A stretch of DNA of 64,000 nucleotides from Candidatus Flemingiibacterium sp. (GCA_045635785.1 JAZTWJ010000107.1:3497-67496); one strand, 5' to 3'. Positions 52,882-62,940 are shown, counted from the first letter of the stretch. A program made the numbers and translations. Notes: a model not told the origin generated them from the letters alone.

Positions 52882-52968
52882 TGGTGCCGGTGGCGGGGGT
52901 CGAACCCGCACGATGTTGCCATCAATGGATTTTGAGTCCACCTCGTCTGCCAATTCCAACACACCGGC
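52882..52968 (-). tRNA. tRNA-Leu (anticodon CAA), CCA encoded
   Basis: 87 nt. Acceptor GCCGGTG/CACCGGC, anticodon loop CTCAAAA, long variable arm, T-arm GCGGGTTCGACCCCCGC. Confidence 0.93.
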
Positions 52969-52976
52969 GGAAAAAA

Positions 52977-52995
52977 ATCGCCGCATTGCGGCGAT
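52977..52995 (-). terminator. terminator-like hairpin between the two tRNAs
   Basis: ATCGCCGC-att-GCGGCGAT, flanked by A- and T-runs. Next to it is the 16-nt palindrome GGTTCGCGCGCGAACC (53004-53019). Confidence 0.5.
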
Positions 52996-53024
52996 TTTTA
53001 GGTGGTTCGCGCGCGAACCAAACG

Positions 53025-53100
<76 letters not shown>

Positions 53101-53116
53101 ATCAAACACGCTTATA

Positions 53117-53145
53117 ATTATACCACAGCTTCCCCTATTTGTCAA
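53117..53145 (-). promoter_or_regulatory. sigma-A type promoter for tRNA-Thr
   Basis: Perfect TTGACA-17 nt-(TGg)TATAAT, with an A/T-rich UP-like tract upstream. Confidence 0.8.
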
Positions 53146-53197
53146 GAGATTCGGCGAATTTTCAAAAAAACTTTTGCGCGCGCGCCGGGCAGACGGG

Positions 53198-54856
53198 TTA
53201 TTCCTCTTTTGACAGCGGCATTTGAACAACGCTATTTCGAACCTTCTCGCGCACCTTCAGCACAAAGGATGGCGACACCGAAAGCTCGTCGATTCCCATA
53301 CGGAGAAAATCCGCCGTCAGCGATGTATCTGCCGCCAGTTCGCCGCAGATGCCGATCCATTTACCCGATCGGTGTGCATTTTCTGCCGCCAATGCAATCA
53401 ACCGAAGCACAGCCGCATGATGAGAATCCGCGTAAGACTCCACTGCTTGATTCTGCCGGTCGCATGCCAGCGTATATTGTGTCAGATCATTGGTGCCGAC
53501 GCTGAAAAAATCCACCATCGGTGCCAGCCTGTCGCTGATGATGGCGGCAGCCGGCGTTTCGATCATAATGCCGCGCTCCACCTGCTCGCCCATGGGAATA
53601 TCTGCCGCCGCAAGCTCCGCTTTGATCTGCTCGCAGAGGCTGAGAATCTCCGCCACCTCCCCTTCGGAGGTGATCATGGGAAACATGATGCCTAATTTTC
53701 CATAGGCAGACGCGCGGTACAAGGCACGAAGCTGTGTTCGGAAAATTTCGGGGCGACTCAGGCATAGTCGGATGCCGCGAAGCCCCAAAGCGGGGTTCTC
53801 TTCCCTTTCGAGCTTAAAATACGCCGACTGTTTATCCGCGCCGATATCAAGCGTGCGGATGATGACGCGCTTTCCCGCCATTTTTGAAAGCACGCGCCTA
53901 TATACTGCGAACTGTTCCTCTTCCGATGGGAAGTCGCGCCCATCCAAATAAAGAAATTCGCTGCGAAAAAGCCCGATCCCGCCCGCATCATTGCGAAGCA
54001 CCTCACCGATCTCCACCTCACTGCCTATATTGGCAAGGATCTCGATTTTGTGTCCGTCCCGCGTCACATTTTCCTTGCCACGAAGCTTTTCAAGTAGCCG
54101 AGCATGTGCCTGCTGTTCGCAAATCTCCTGCTTGGCACAAGCGATGGCATCTTCATCCGGCGAAAGCTCTATCTCTCCCGTTCCACCATTGACGATCGCC
54201 TGCATGCCATCCTTCACCGCGTTAAGAAATGCGCTCCCCACCCCTACAACCGCAGGAATGTTCATACTCCGTGCCAAAATCGCCGTGTGTGAGTTGACCG
54301 AGCCGTGGGCGGTGACAAAGGCAAGCACCTGCGTTTTATCGAGTGCCACCGTTTCTCCCGGCGCAAGATCATCCGCCGCCAGAATATAGCTGCCTGATGA
54401 CATTTCCGCTTCTTCGCCGTCGGAAAGACAGCGGATCAGCCTGCCTGCGATGTCATGCACATCCGCCGCCCTCGCCTGCATGTAGCCATCCTCCATATCG
54501 GAGAAGATCGCCGCAAAATTGTCCGCCGTCATTGCCGTCGCCCACTCCGCATTCACCGATTGATCGCGGATCATGCTCTCCACCGATTTCCCGAAATCCT
54601 CGTCATCCAACATCATACGGTGGATCTCAAAAATCTGCGCTCCCGACTCGCCTACCTCGCGAAGCGCTTTTTCGCGAACGGCAAGCAATTCATCCTTCGC
54701 CGTCTCCTTCGCCCGTTCCCATCGGCAAAGCTCCGCTTCGATGTTGTCAATACGCCGCCTCACAACGGGCGCATTCTGCCGCTTTAACACGCGGATCTGC
54801 CCGACGGCAATGGCGGCGGCTACACCCTTCCCCACAAACTTCACAGACTCGCTCAT
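53198..54856 (-). CDS. ptsI: phosphoenolpyruvate-protein phosphotransferase (PTS Enzyme I)
   Basis: 552 aa. Active-site region SHTAILARS. Overlaps the ptsH stop. Confidence 0.94.
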   Translation of the reverse strand: MSESVKFVGKGVAAAIAVGQIRVLKRQNAPVVRRRIDNIEAELCRWERAKETAKDELLAVREKALREVGESGAQIFEIHRMMLDDEDFGKSVESMIRDQSVNAEWATAMTADNFAAIFSDMEDGYMQARAADVHDIAGRLIRCLSDGEEAEMSSGSYILAADDLAPGETVALDKTQVLAFVTAHGSVNSHTAILARSMNIPAVVGVGSAFLNAVKDGMQAIVNGGTGEIELSPDEDAIACAKQEICEQQAHARLLEKLRGKENVTRDGHKIEILANIGSEVEIGEVLRNDAGGIGLFRSEFLYLDGRDFPSEEEQFAVYRRVLSKMAGKRVIIRTLDIGADKQSAYFKLEREENPALGLRGIRLCLSRPEIFRTQLRALYRASAYGKLGIMFPMITSEGEVAEILSLCEQIKAELAAADIPMGEQVERGIMIETPAAAIISDRLAPMVDFFSVGTNDLTQYTLACDRQNQAVESYADSHHAAVLRLIALAAENAHRSGKWIGICGELAADTSLTADFLRMGIDELSVSPSFVLKVREKVRNSVVQMPLSKEE

Positions 54857-55110
54857 AAATTCTCCTCAAAAAATGCCACCAGCTCAGCTAACGCCGCCTC
54901 TTCATTTTCGCCCTCAACTCGCACCTCTATGGTATCGCCGCATCGCACGCCAAGACCCATGACGGCAAACAACCGCGACGCATTCGCCGACTGCTCTCCT
55001 TTGATAAGCGTCACCGATACGCCCATCGACTTTACTTTATTGACCAGCATTCCTGCGGGGCGGGCATGAATGCCCGCCTCGTCCTTAATCTGATATTCAA
55101 ATTTTTTCAT
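54853..55110 (-). CDS. ptsH: phosphocarrier protein HPr
   Basis: 85 aa. His-15 motif GIHARPA and Ser-46 region. Confidence 0.94.
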   Translation of the reverse strand: MKKFEYQIKDEAGIHARPAGMLVNKVKSMGVSVTLIKGEQSANASRLFAVMGLGVRCGDTIEVRVEGENEEAALAELVAFFEENL

Positions 55111-55113
55111 CGT

Positions 55114-57228
55114 CTACCTCACAAGTTTCAAAAGATCCCGCGTGGGCGTGACGTCGCCCTCGGCAAGCGCCTTTATTTCGGAAAATTCGTCGCTGTTGCA
55201 AACGACCATCGGTGTCGTCAGCGCATACCCCTCGTTTTTGATGCCCTCCATATCAAAGGAAACCAGCACCTCGCCTTTTTTTACTGTCTGCCCCTTGGTG
55301 ACATGGGTGGTGAAATATTTGCCGCCCAGCTTCACCGTATCAATGCCAATATGCAGCAGAATTTCACAACCCTCTGCCGTAAGATTCACGGCGTGCCCCG
55401 TATCGAACACATCTGCGACCACAGCATCGCAGGGTGCATACAGCCTGCCATCGGACGGTTCAACGGCAATGCCGTCACCAAGCATTTTCTTTGCGAAAAC
55501 ATCATCGGGAACCTCGGCAAGCGGCACGATCCTTCCTGCCATATGGGCAGAGAGCATCCTATCTTCGCCACCGGAAGGTGCCACTTTTTCCACCTGCGCC
55601 GATGCGGTATGCGCGCCGATAATTTCATCCGTGCGTACCGCATCGGGCGAATCCATGAAGTCCTCAAGCTGTGATTTCACCACAGAAACCTGCGGTCCGT
55701 AAATGATTTGCACACCCTCTCCCTTTCGGATGACACCGGATGCGCCGCTCTGTCGCAGGAGCGAATCGCTGACATGTGCGGGATTTTTCACCGTGACACG
55801 CAGTCGTGTGGCACAGGCATCCAGATCGGAGATATTAGTCTTTCCGCCGAGCCCTTTCAAAATGAGCGCAGGTACGAGAAGCGAGGCATCGTCGGCTTTA
55901 TCCTTGCGGGCATTATAGTCTGCGCGGGTGTAAAGCTTGGTTTCCTCGTCATCCGCCTCTCTGCCGGGCGTTTTGAGATTCAGTCCGCGAATCATGAGAC
56001 TAAACAGGAAATAATATACCACCGCGTAAACCGCGCCGATGATCACGATCCATATCCAATTGGTCTTGGCATTTCCCTGCAAAATACCAAACAGCGTCAA
56101 GTCGATCAGACCGCCCGAAAAGGTCATTCCCACACCCACGCCGAAGATATGCGTCAGCATGTAGGAAAGTCCCGCAAGCACGCAATGGATGGCATAAAGG
56201 ATGGGAGAAACAAAGAGGAAGGTGAATTCAATGGGCTCGGTGATACCGGTAAGCATGGCAGTCAGCGCCGCCGATAATAAAAGGCCGCCCACGATTTTTC
56301 TTTTTTCAGGACGTGCCGCACGGTACATGGCAAATGCGGCGGCGGGCGAGCCGAAGATCATAAAGGGGAATTTTCCCGACATAAAGCGGGTTGCGGATAC
56401 GGAAAAGCGTTCGGTCGCTTTGGATGCAAGCTCGGCGAAATAGATATTTTGCGCGCCTTGTACGAGCACGCCGTCGATGACCGCAGAGCCGCCCACCTCC
56501 GTCTGCCAGAAGGGCATATAAAAGACATGGTGCAATCCAAAGGGGATGAGCGCACGCTCTATGATGCCGTAGATCCATGTGCCCGCATACCCCGATGCCA
56601 GCACCAAATTGCCAAGCGAAGCGATCAGCCGCTGTACGATCGGCCAAAGATAGAACATCAAAACGCCTACAAACAAAAAGACAAGGCTTGAAATGATCGG
56701 AACAAATCGCGTACCGCCAAAAAAAGCGAGCACCTGTGGAAGCCTTATTTTATAGAAGCGGTTATGCAAAGCCGCCACACCAAGTCCCACGATGATGCCG
56801 CCAAATACGCCCATTTGGAGCGTTGGAATACCAAGCGCCGTGGTAGTAGAGTTGGCGGGTAAGCTTTCCACACCGCCGCCCATGTGGATGAGCGCGCTGA
56901 TGGCGGTATTCATAACCAGATAGGCGACTGCGCCGGAAAGCGCCGCCACCTCCTTCTCCTTTTTCGCCATACCAATGGCAACACCCATGGCAAAAAGTAA
57001 CGCAAGATTGTCAAAAACGACGCTGCCGGTTTTGCTCATAATATCGAGGATGGTGTAAAGGATACCTCCCTCATATATAATCCCCGTTAATCCATAGGTT
57101 TCGAGGGTGGTGGCGTTGGTGAAGGAGCTGCCGATGCCAAGCAGCAAGCCCGCCACCGGCAGAATCGCGATCGGAAGCATAAAGGAACGACCGACGCGCT
57201 GCAATACGCCAAAAAAGCCGGATTTCAT
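55114..57228 (-). CDS. PTS glucose/GlcNAc-family transporter, fused EIIC-EIIB-EIIA
   Basis: 704 aa. EIIC membrane domain, EIIB ACATRLR motif, EIIA(Glc) HIGIDTV motif. Confidence 0.9.
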   Translation of the reverse strand: MKSGFFGVLQRVGRSFMLPIAILPVAGLLLGIGSSFTNATTLETYGLTGIIYEGGILYTILDIMSKTGSVVFDNLALLFAMGVAIGMAKKEKEVAALSGAVAYLVMNTAISALIHMGGGVESLPANSTTTALGIPTLQMGVFGGIIVGLGVAALHNRFYKIRLPQVLAFFGGTRFVPIISSLVFLFVGVLMFYLWPIVQRLIASLGNLVLASGYAGTWIYGIIERALIPFGLHHVFYMPFWQTEVGGSAVIDGVLVQGAQNIYFAELASKATERFSVSATRFMSGKFPFMIFGSPAAAFAMYRAARPEKRKIVGGLLLSAALTAMLTGITEPIEFTFLFVSPILYAIHCVLAGLSYMLTHIFGVGVGMTFSGGLIDLTLFGILQGNAKTNWIWIVIIGAVYAVVYYFLFSLMIRGLNLKTPGREADDEETKLYTRADYNARKDKADDASLLVPALILKGLGGKTNISDLDACATRLRVTVKNPAHVSDSLLRQSGASGVIRKGEGVQIIYGPQVSVVKSQLEDFMDSPDAVRTDEIIGAHTASAQVEKVAPSGGEDRMLSAHMAGRIVPLAEVPDDVFAKKMLGDGIAVEPSDGRLYAPCDAVVADVFDTGHAVNLTAEGCEILLHIGIDTVKLGGKYFTTHVTKGQTVKKGEVLVSFDMEGIKNEGYALTTPMVVCNSDEFSEIKALAEGDVTPTRDLLKLVR

Positions 57229-57324
57229 AATGATATTTCCTTTCCTATATAAAGATTCACGCCGTTATTATCGCCCAAAAAGAAAACAATCATACCAAAC
57301 GCGAATATTTCTCATTCCACAAAA

Positions 57325-57351
57325 AAAGCCGCCACATAGCGTGACGGCTTT
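57325..57351 (-). terminator. terminator in the ptsG leader (possible antitermination target)
   Basis: Sense: AGCAAGGCAAAAGCCGTCACgctatGTGGCGGCTTTTTTT, about 95 nt upstream of ptsG ATG. Confidence 0.6.
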
Positions 57352-57566
57352 TGCCTTGCTCTCACTTGGAAAAAAGCGCAGACTGCATAAAAAATTCCCA
57401 AACATATTCGGACGGCATGCGGTGATAATAATAGCAGAGTCGGGCGGAAACGCCTTGACTCCCCTTAACAGATCGTCTCCGCCCGACAATTTCGGTTTCG
57501 TGAAATTTTGCGAAAAACGCGGATGCGGTCGATCATATAGATAGTTTGGGTAAAAGGAGAATAATT

Positions 57567-57827
57567 ATGTCTAACAACACAAACAAGATCGTTGTCCCCG
57601 AAGCAAAGGCTGCCATGGAGCAGTTCAAGATGCAGGCGGCTAATGAAGTGGGCGTCAATCTGAAGCAGGGCTACAACGGCGAACTCACATCCCGTCAGGC
57701 TGGCTCTATCGGCGGGCAGATGGTCAATAATATGAATCCCATACGAACCGAGGTTTTTGAGCGAAAGAGCAGAACTGCAAGGGGACATAAGCTTACGGTG
57801 CGGTACATAGTCAAGCTGGCATTGTAA
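57567..57827 (+). CDS. alpha/beta-type small acid-soluble spore protein with an atypical C-terminus
   Basis: VPEAKAAMEQFKMQAANEVGVNL...LTSRQAGSIGGQMV core. AAAGGAGA RBS. Confidence 0.8.
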   Translation: MSNNTNKIVVPEAKAAMEQFKMQAANEVGVNLKQGYNGELTSRQAGSIGGQMVNNMNPIRTEVFERKSRTARGHKLTVRYIVKLAL

Positions 57828-57828
57828 A

Positions 57829-57852
57829 AGAGGGGATCAGAAGATCCCCTCT
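57829..57852 (+). terminator. intrinsic terminator
   Basis: AGAGGGGATC-agaa-GATCCCCTCT followed by TTAT. Confidence 0.8.
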
Positions 57853-57887
57853 TTATAGTTTGCGCTTACGTGTAATAGGTATATACC

Positions 57888-59966
57888 TTATTTCAGATAT
57901 TGATACAGCGAATCAAAGGCACCAACCGTTTGTGCACGGAATATGGGAGAGTATCCGATCAGCACGATCTCGCCCTTGCCATAGCTTGTGCGAATAATGG
58001 CAGGCGTACCGTCGGGAATGATGCTGTTGCCTTGAAAGGTACCCTCAATTTGATATTTTTCGGCATAATAGGTTTCATGAATGTGCATCACGGGCATGAA
58101 CCATCCTACTGCATGAAAATCTTTGCCGTGCGCATTGACTCTATTCAGACGCATCTGAACGCCGGGATATTTTGCACCTACATCCTGAATATCCAGCCCG
58201 AACGTTTCGATTGCATAGGGCACCGCTCCGCCAAAGGCAATGAGACGACCGCCTTGCTCCACAAATGTCCGCAGTCCCTTCCTACCCGCCTCACGCAGTC
58301 CACTGCGATACTTTTGAGGCTGGTTGCCGAGGTACTCACTTTTGCAAAGAGATTCATCGCCGTCCATATACTGCTTGGTATCCTCCGGAAGGATCAAAAT
58401 GTCTGCGTTCACATTACCGGAGATGATGTCATCATCCAAAACAGAACGGAAGGGACACTGATGCTGATCCAAAACGCAACGAAGCCAACCTTCATCCGTA
58501 TTTCCGGAGTAGTAACGCTTGTAGATGGCGATCTTTTTATCAGTCTTCCAGCTGTAGGAAGCGGAGGTGTGGTGATAAACATCAAAATGTTCCTGATCAA
58601 ATTCTGCGGAAGAAATCACATCTGCCGTAACATAGCCCGCAACAGACGACGATGGTATTTTACCGGGTGTGGTGTTGATCAGCGCATTGAGTATGAAAGC
58701 ATAGGCACTCTGTGCTGTTGGGATGGCGATGGTTCCCTTGGGATATACCCTTGCATCTGCCACGAAGGATTCCTTTGCTTGATACATGGCAATACGGTGA
58801 TGAGAAAGCGCTTCAAAAATCTTATCCGTGGACTCGCCTGCGGGAATCACATATAATGCGGCAATGCCGCTGTCGATCGCCTTTTGCTTTTGCTCTGCTG
58901 TTTTGTGACACATGGCATCCATCACACGCGCAGGATTGCGCCCCATGGTATCAAGGACTGCCATAGCGGCGACCTTCTGCTGTTTTACAATATCACCGAG
59001 CTTCCACAGACCGCCCTTCCAAGGGTTGGGGAAAAAGGGCGTGGGCTTCATGGGATCCTCATGAACACCAAAGGGCTTCAGCTGTTCTTTGTAGATCAAA
59101 CGGGGGCTCGCCATTTTGGCATGGGAAGATTCGGTCAAAAGACCGACAATATTGTGTACACCGGCTACAGATCCAAAGCTGGCGGTGCCTGACGCGCCGA
59201 ACATTTCGCTGACGACACCTTGAACTCCTTCTGCCTCCAGCGCGTAGCCCATATCCGAGCCAAAGAAGTTTTGCTCACGCAAAACCATGGCGCTGATGCC
59301 GTTCGTGATGGGGCCTTTATATGGCGGGATAAACATTCGGCTTGTATAGCTTCCCATCTGATGGTGGTCCACAAACAGCTGGGGGCACCATTCCTCGTAC
59401 ATCGCCTTGGACAGATATTTGGATTCGACCAAATTGCAGAATGCCGCATCGCGGTTGTTATCATGACCTGCATAGTGATGGTACAGATAGGGATAGGTCG
59501 TTGCCTCGTGCTCCGTTCCCAAATACTCGTTGTAGAAATCAGTGATCATGATCTGACCGTCGGGATTGGCGCTGGGGATCATCACCAAAACCACATTATC
59601 CAAAATGTGCGAATGATCGCCGCTTAAAAGCTCATATGCAAGCAGCGGAGACATTTGGGTGCCGCCAAGTTCCTTTGCGTGCAAGCTCATAGACTGCATG
59701 CAAATGCATACGTTGCCGTTGTGACGCCCCTCGTACATCGCCATGCGAGAGTCAGCCTTGATCTGTTCCAGATTTGCCATGTTTTTTTCGGAGGTGATGA
59801 CCACCTGAATAAAGGGATTGCCGAGGGTGGTTTTGCCGATCTCTGTAACTTGTATACAGGGGCTTTCCTTTGCCAACAATTTGTAATATTCGCACAAGCG
59901 ATCCCAACGGGCGATCTTATAATCATCGCCGGGGCAGAATCCAAAAAAGCTTTGTGGTGAGGTCAT
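57888..59966 (-). CDS. M14-family zinc carboxypeptidase-like protein (692 aa, no signal peptide)
   Basis: HAKE (HxxE), NPDG and DHHQ motifs. Confidence 0.82.
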   Translation of the reverse strand: MTSPQSFFGFCPGDDYKIARWDRLCEYYKLLAKESPCIQVTEIGKTTLGNPFIQVVITSEKNMANLEQIKADSRMAMYEGRHNGNVCICMQSMSLHAKELGGTQMSPLLAYELLSGDHSHILDNVVLVMIPSANPDGQIMITDFYNEYLGTEHEATTYPYLYHHYAGHDNNRDAAFCNLVESKYLSKAMYEEWCPQLFVDHHQMGSYTSRMFIPPYKGPITNGISAMVLREQNFFGSDMGYALEAEGVQGVVSEMFGASGTASFGSVAGVHNIVGLLTESSHAKMASPRLIYKEQLKPFGVHEDPMKPTPFFPNPWKGGLWKLGDIVKQQKVAAMAVLDTMGRNPARVMDAMCHKTAEQKQKAIDSGIAALYVIPAGESTDKIFEALSHHRIAMYQAKESFVADARVYPKGTIAIPTAQSAYAFILNALINTTPGKIPSSSVAGYVTADVISSAEFDQEHFDVYHHTSASYSWKTDKKIAIYKRYYSGNTDEGWLRCVLDQHQCPFRSVLDDDIISGNVNADILILPEDTKQYMDGDESLCKSEYLGNQPQKYRSGLREAGRKGLRTFVEQGGRLIAFGGAVPYAIETFGLDIQDVGAKYPGVQMRLNRVNAHGKDFHAVGWFMPVMHIHETYYAEKYQIEGTFQGNSIIPDGTPAIIRTSYGKGEIVLIGYSPIFRAQTVGAFDSLYQYLK

Positions 59967-60007
59967 GAGGGTCTCCTTTCAAAAATGGTTTATATTATTT
60001 TGTTACG

Positions 60008-61120
60008 TCAGTTCATTTTGCCGTATTTAAGACCGGCATCAATAAAGCGGAGATAATTGTTCACCGCGTGGGGGGAGAGGGTGTTTTCATAGGGGCCGGC
60101 GGTGGGAGACAGAATAAACTTTCCGTCACTTGCCTGCGCGAAGGCATCCTTTACCTGCTCCTCGATCTCCTCGGGGGAAAGGCGAATCATATCGTCATAC
60201 TGCACCGGTCCGATCAATGCCATATCGCGGCCGAGGATCTCGCGCGCCTGCGTTAAGGTGCAGTCGCCGACGGGTGGCGCTTCGATAGTGTGAAGACCGT
60301 CGGGATTGATCTCCTTCATGCCTTCTCTGACATGGAAAAGATTGCCGTGATAATGAACGATGGAAAGCTTTCCGTAGGAGCGGATCAGATCCACGATCTT
60401 CTTCACATAGCGAACCGACAGCTCGTTGAAGCGGCTCGGTGAAACCAGCGGAGGCCCCGCAAATTCCGCACCAACGATAAAATAGCAATCCGCCACATCG
60501 TTTTCCAGCAAATAGCGATACAAAGGAAGCACGCGCTCACACATGCAGTCCAAAAACTCGATCAGCAAATCATAATCGGTGGCTGTAAAAAGTGAGAAGT
60601 TTTCGGCACTCATCAGGTTGTACAGCACGCCAAGCGGATCGCCGATGTCCATCATGAACAAGCCCTTGTCACCAAACTCAAGTCTTTCCTCGCGCAGCTT
60701 ATCCAAATTCGGCGTAGGAGCAACATAGGGGATCGCCATGACATCGCGAAGCTGTTCCGGCTCGTCGATGAAGAATTTTACCCTTGTCGGATCTCCGCCG
60801 CGGGATGTATGTCTGGTCAGCGTGCATCCGGGGGCATGGAGAATGGTCTCATGGACGGTATTCTGCCCTTCGGTACGCGTCACATGCTCAAATTTGATGT
60901 CGGGATTGGCGTTGTAGGCAAATCCGCAATTCAAATTGCGTCTGTCAAAGCTATCCACATCGCCCGCGAGGATTCGCTGCATGATAGGAGCATATGCGGG
61001 CTGATTCCATACATCGGTATAATAGCTCACACGGTGCCACGGGAACAACAGCCAAATGGGAAAACGATCCACCGGCTCACCGGCAAAATGCCGTAATAAT
61101 CGTTCGCGGCTTGTTAACAT
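60008..61120 (-). CDS. URO-D/MtaA-like family protein, paralogue 6 (HYHG variant)
   Basis: 370 aa. N-terminus MLTSRERLLRHFAGEPVDRFP parallels paralogues 2 and 4. IVHYHGN. Confidence 0.72.
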   Translation of the reverse strand: MLTSRERLLRHFAGEPVDRFPIWLLFPWHRVSYYTDVWNQPAYAPIMQRILAGDVDSFDRRNLNCGFAYNANPDIKFEHVTRTEGQNTVHETILHAPGCTLTRHTSRGGDPTRVKFFIDEPEQLRDVMAIPYVAPTPNLDKLREERLEFGDKGLFMMDIGDPLGVLYNLMSAENFSLFTATDYDLLIEFLDCMCERVLPLYRYLLENDVADCYFIVGAEFAGPPLVSPSRFNELSVRYVKKIVDLIRSYGKLSIVHYHGNLFHVREGMKEINPDGLHTIEAPPVGDCTLTQAREILGRDMALIGPVQYDDMIRLSPEEIEEQVKDAFAQASDGKFILSPTAGPYENTLSPHAVNNYLRFIDAGLKYGKMN

Positions 61121-61256
61121 AACATTCTCCTGTTATTTATAGGATTGGTAAGTCAGCCTCAATTATCCATAAACATTATATCGCATAGGATCTCAAATGT
61201 CAAGACGTTTTTCTGAAAGCAGGAAATTTACGGCAGAGGATTTTTGTTCAAACCAC

Positions 61257-61285
61257 TTGTAATTCATCCGCAAATGTGCTATAAT
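61257..61285 (+). promoter_or_regulatory. sigma-A type promoter for the histidine kinase gene
   Basis: TTGTAA-17 nt-(TGc)TATAAT. Confidence 0.6.
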
Positions 61286-61407
61286 CAAAAAAGAGAAATC
61301 GCCATGCGCATAAGATCATCGCTTCTTCATCGGCTGATTTTACGTTTCAACCATTTTCGAATGATAACCCATTCCTGCCGATCGGCAGCGGAAATGAAAT
61401 ACTGACC

Positions 61408-62874
61408 ATGTTCAAATCGCTATTTACAAAATATATTACGGCATTTATGCTGATCATTGGCATCAGCTTTCTGATCGTGTCGTTCATCGTCCACCAAATG
61501 GCACATTCCTACTCCCGCACCGCCAAGCAGGACATGCTCGACCGTACCGCGGATACTCTCACGACCACCGTAACCGAAAGCTTCCGCGAAAGCAACAGCT
61601 CCGATTTTAATCAGTTCATTTATTTCAACCGCAAGCAGCTCATCTTTGTTTTGGAAGCACTGTCAAGCAGCAATGAGGATATCTTCATCCTGGTTTCCGA
61701 TTCCAATGGCGCGATCCTGCTTGCCGATGAGCGCATGTCTGCCGAACAAATTCAAAACAACATCCCTCTTGACGTGGTTTCCGACCTCGCCTCGAACGGC
61801 GAAAAATCGCTTACGGGCAATCTTGGCGGCGCGCTTTCGGGACAGCATCTCATCAAGGCGGCACCCATATCCGCAGAAGACGGCAGCTTTGTCGGAGCCG
61901 TGTTCGTATGCTCCGCTACAGAGCAGATCGAAGCCTTTGTCGAAACCATGGTCAAAACCATCATTATGGCATGCCTTTGGGTCATGCTCGCTGCGCTTGT
62001 TGCCGTCTATTTTATCAGCGAGCGCATCATCGCGCCGCTCAAAAATATGTCCAAAGCGGCAAAAAGCTTCGCGCAAGGAAAATTTGATGTTCGCGTTCCC
62101 GTCACAGGCAGAGACGAGGTCGCAGAGCTTGCCACCGCTTTCAACAACATGGCATCGGGCATGGCGCATATCGAAGATACCAGACGCACCTTCCTTTCCA
62201 GCGTCAGCCATGATCTGCGAACACCCATGACGTCCATATCCGGCTTCATCGACGGCATCCTCGACGGAACCATCCCTCCGGATAAGCATGAATATTATTT
62301 GGGTGTCATCCGCACGGAGATCCGCCGACTCTCACGCCTTGTCATCAATCTTCTCGACATTACAAGAATCCAGGCAGGCGAGCGAAAATTCACTATGGAA
62401 GCCTTTGATATCTGCGAAATGGGCAGATTGATCCTCATCGGCTTCGAACAAAAGTTAGAGGCAAAAAAGCTGGATGTGGAATTTGACTGCGCCCGCGATA
62501 AAATGATGGTCTATGCGGACCGCGACGCCATCTATCAGATTTTCTACAACATCTGCGACAATGCCGTCAAATTCTCACGCGAGGGCGGCAAATACAAAAT
62601 CAGCATTCTTGAAAAGGATAAAAAAGTCTATGTCAGCGTTTTTAACGAGGGGGCAGGCATTCCCGCGGACGAGCTTCCCTTCGTATTTGAACGGTTTTAT
62701 AAGAGCGACAAATCCCGCGGTCTCGATAAAAGCGGCGTAGGTTTAGGACTGTTCATCGCAAAGACCATCATCGACGCCCATGAGCAGGAGATCTGGGTAA
62801 AATCCGTCCACGGTGAAAACTGCGAATTCGTCTTTACCCTTTCCGCTTCCGATATGCTGATCCCAAAGGATTAA
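61408..62874 (+). CDS. HAMP-domain sensor histidine kinase (no adjacent response regulator)
   Basis: Two TM segments, HAMP domain, H-box SHDLRTP, N/G boxes. Confidence 0.9.
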   Translation: MFKSLFTKYITAFMLIIGISFLIVSFIVHQMAHSYSRTAKQDMLDRTADTLTTTVTESFRESNSSDFNQFIYFNRKQLIFVLEALSSSNEDIFILVSDSNGAILLADERMSAEQIQNNIPLDVVSDLASNGEKSLTGNLGGALSGQHLIKAAPISAEDGSFVGAVFVCSATEQIEAFVETMVKTIIMACLWVMLAALVAVYFISERIIAPLKNMSKAAKSFAQGKFDVRVPVTGRDEVAELATAFNNMASGMAHIEDTRRTFLSSVSHDLRTPMTSISGFIDGILDGTIPPDKHEYYLGVIRTEIRRLSRLVINLLDITRIQAGERKFTMEAFDICEMGRLILIGFEQKLEAKKLDVEFDCARDKMMVYADRDAIYQIFYNICDNAVKFSREGGKYKISILEKDKKVYVSVFNEGAGIPADELPFVFERFYKSDKSRGLDKSGVGLGLFIAKTIIDAHEQEIWVKSVHGENCEFVFTLSASDMLIPKD

Positions 62875-62940
62875 ATTGCGACGCTAAGTTTCATACAAAC
62901 GCCATCTGAACGCCGATTGCGCGCACCGAATGGCGTGCAA

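Noticed and set aside
61292-61407. A 33-codon uORF (MRIRSSLLHRLILRFNHFRMITHSCRSAAEMKY) in the histidine kinase leader, ending in TGA that overlaps the region just before the kinase ATG.
   Set aside because: The RBS is weak or absent and the composition is unremarkable. There is nothing beyond an open frame to support coding.
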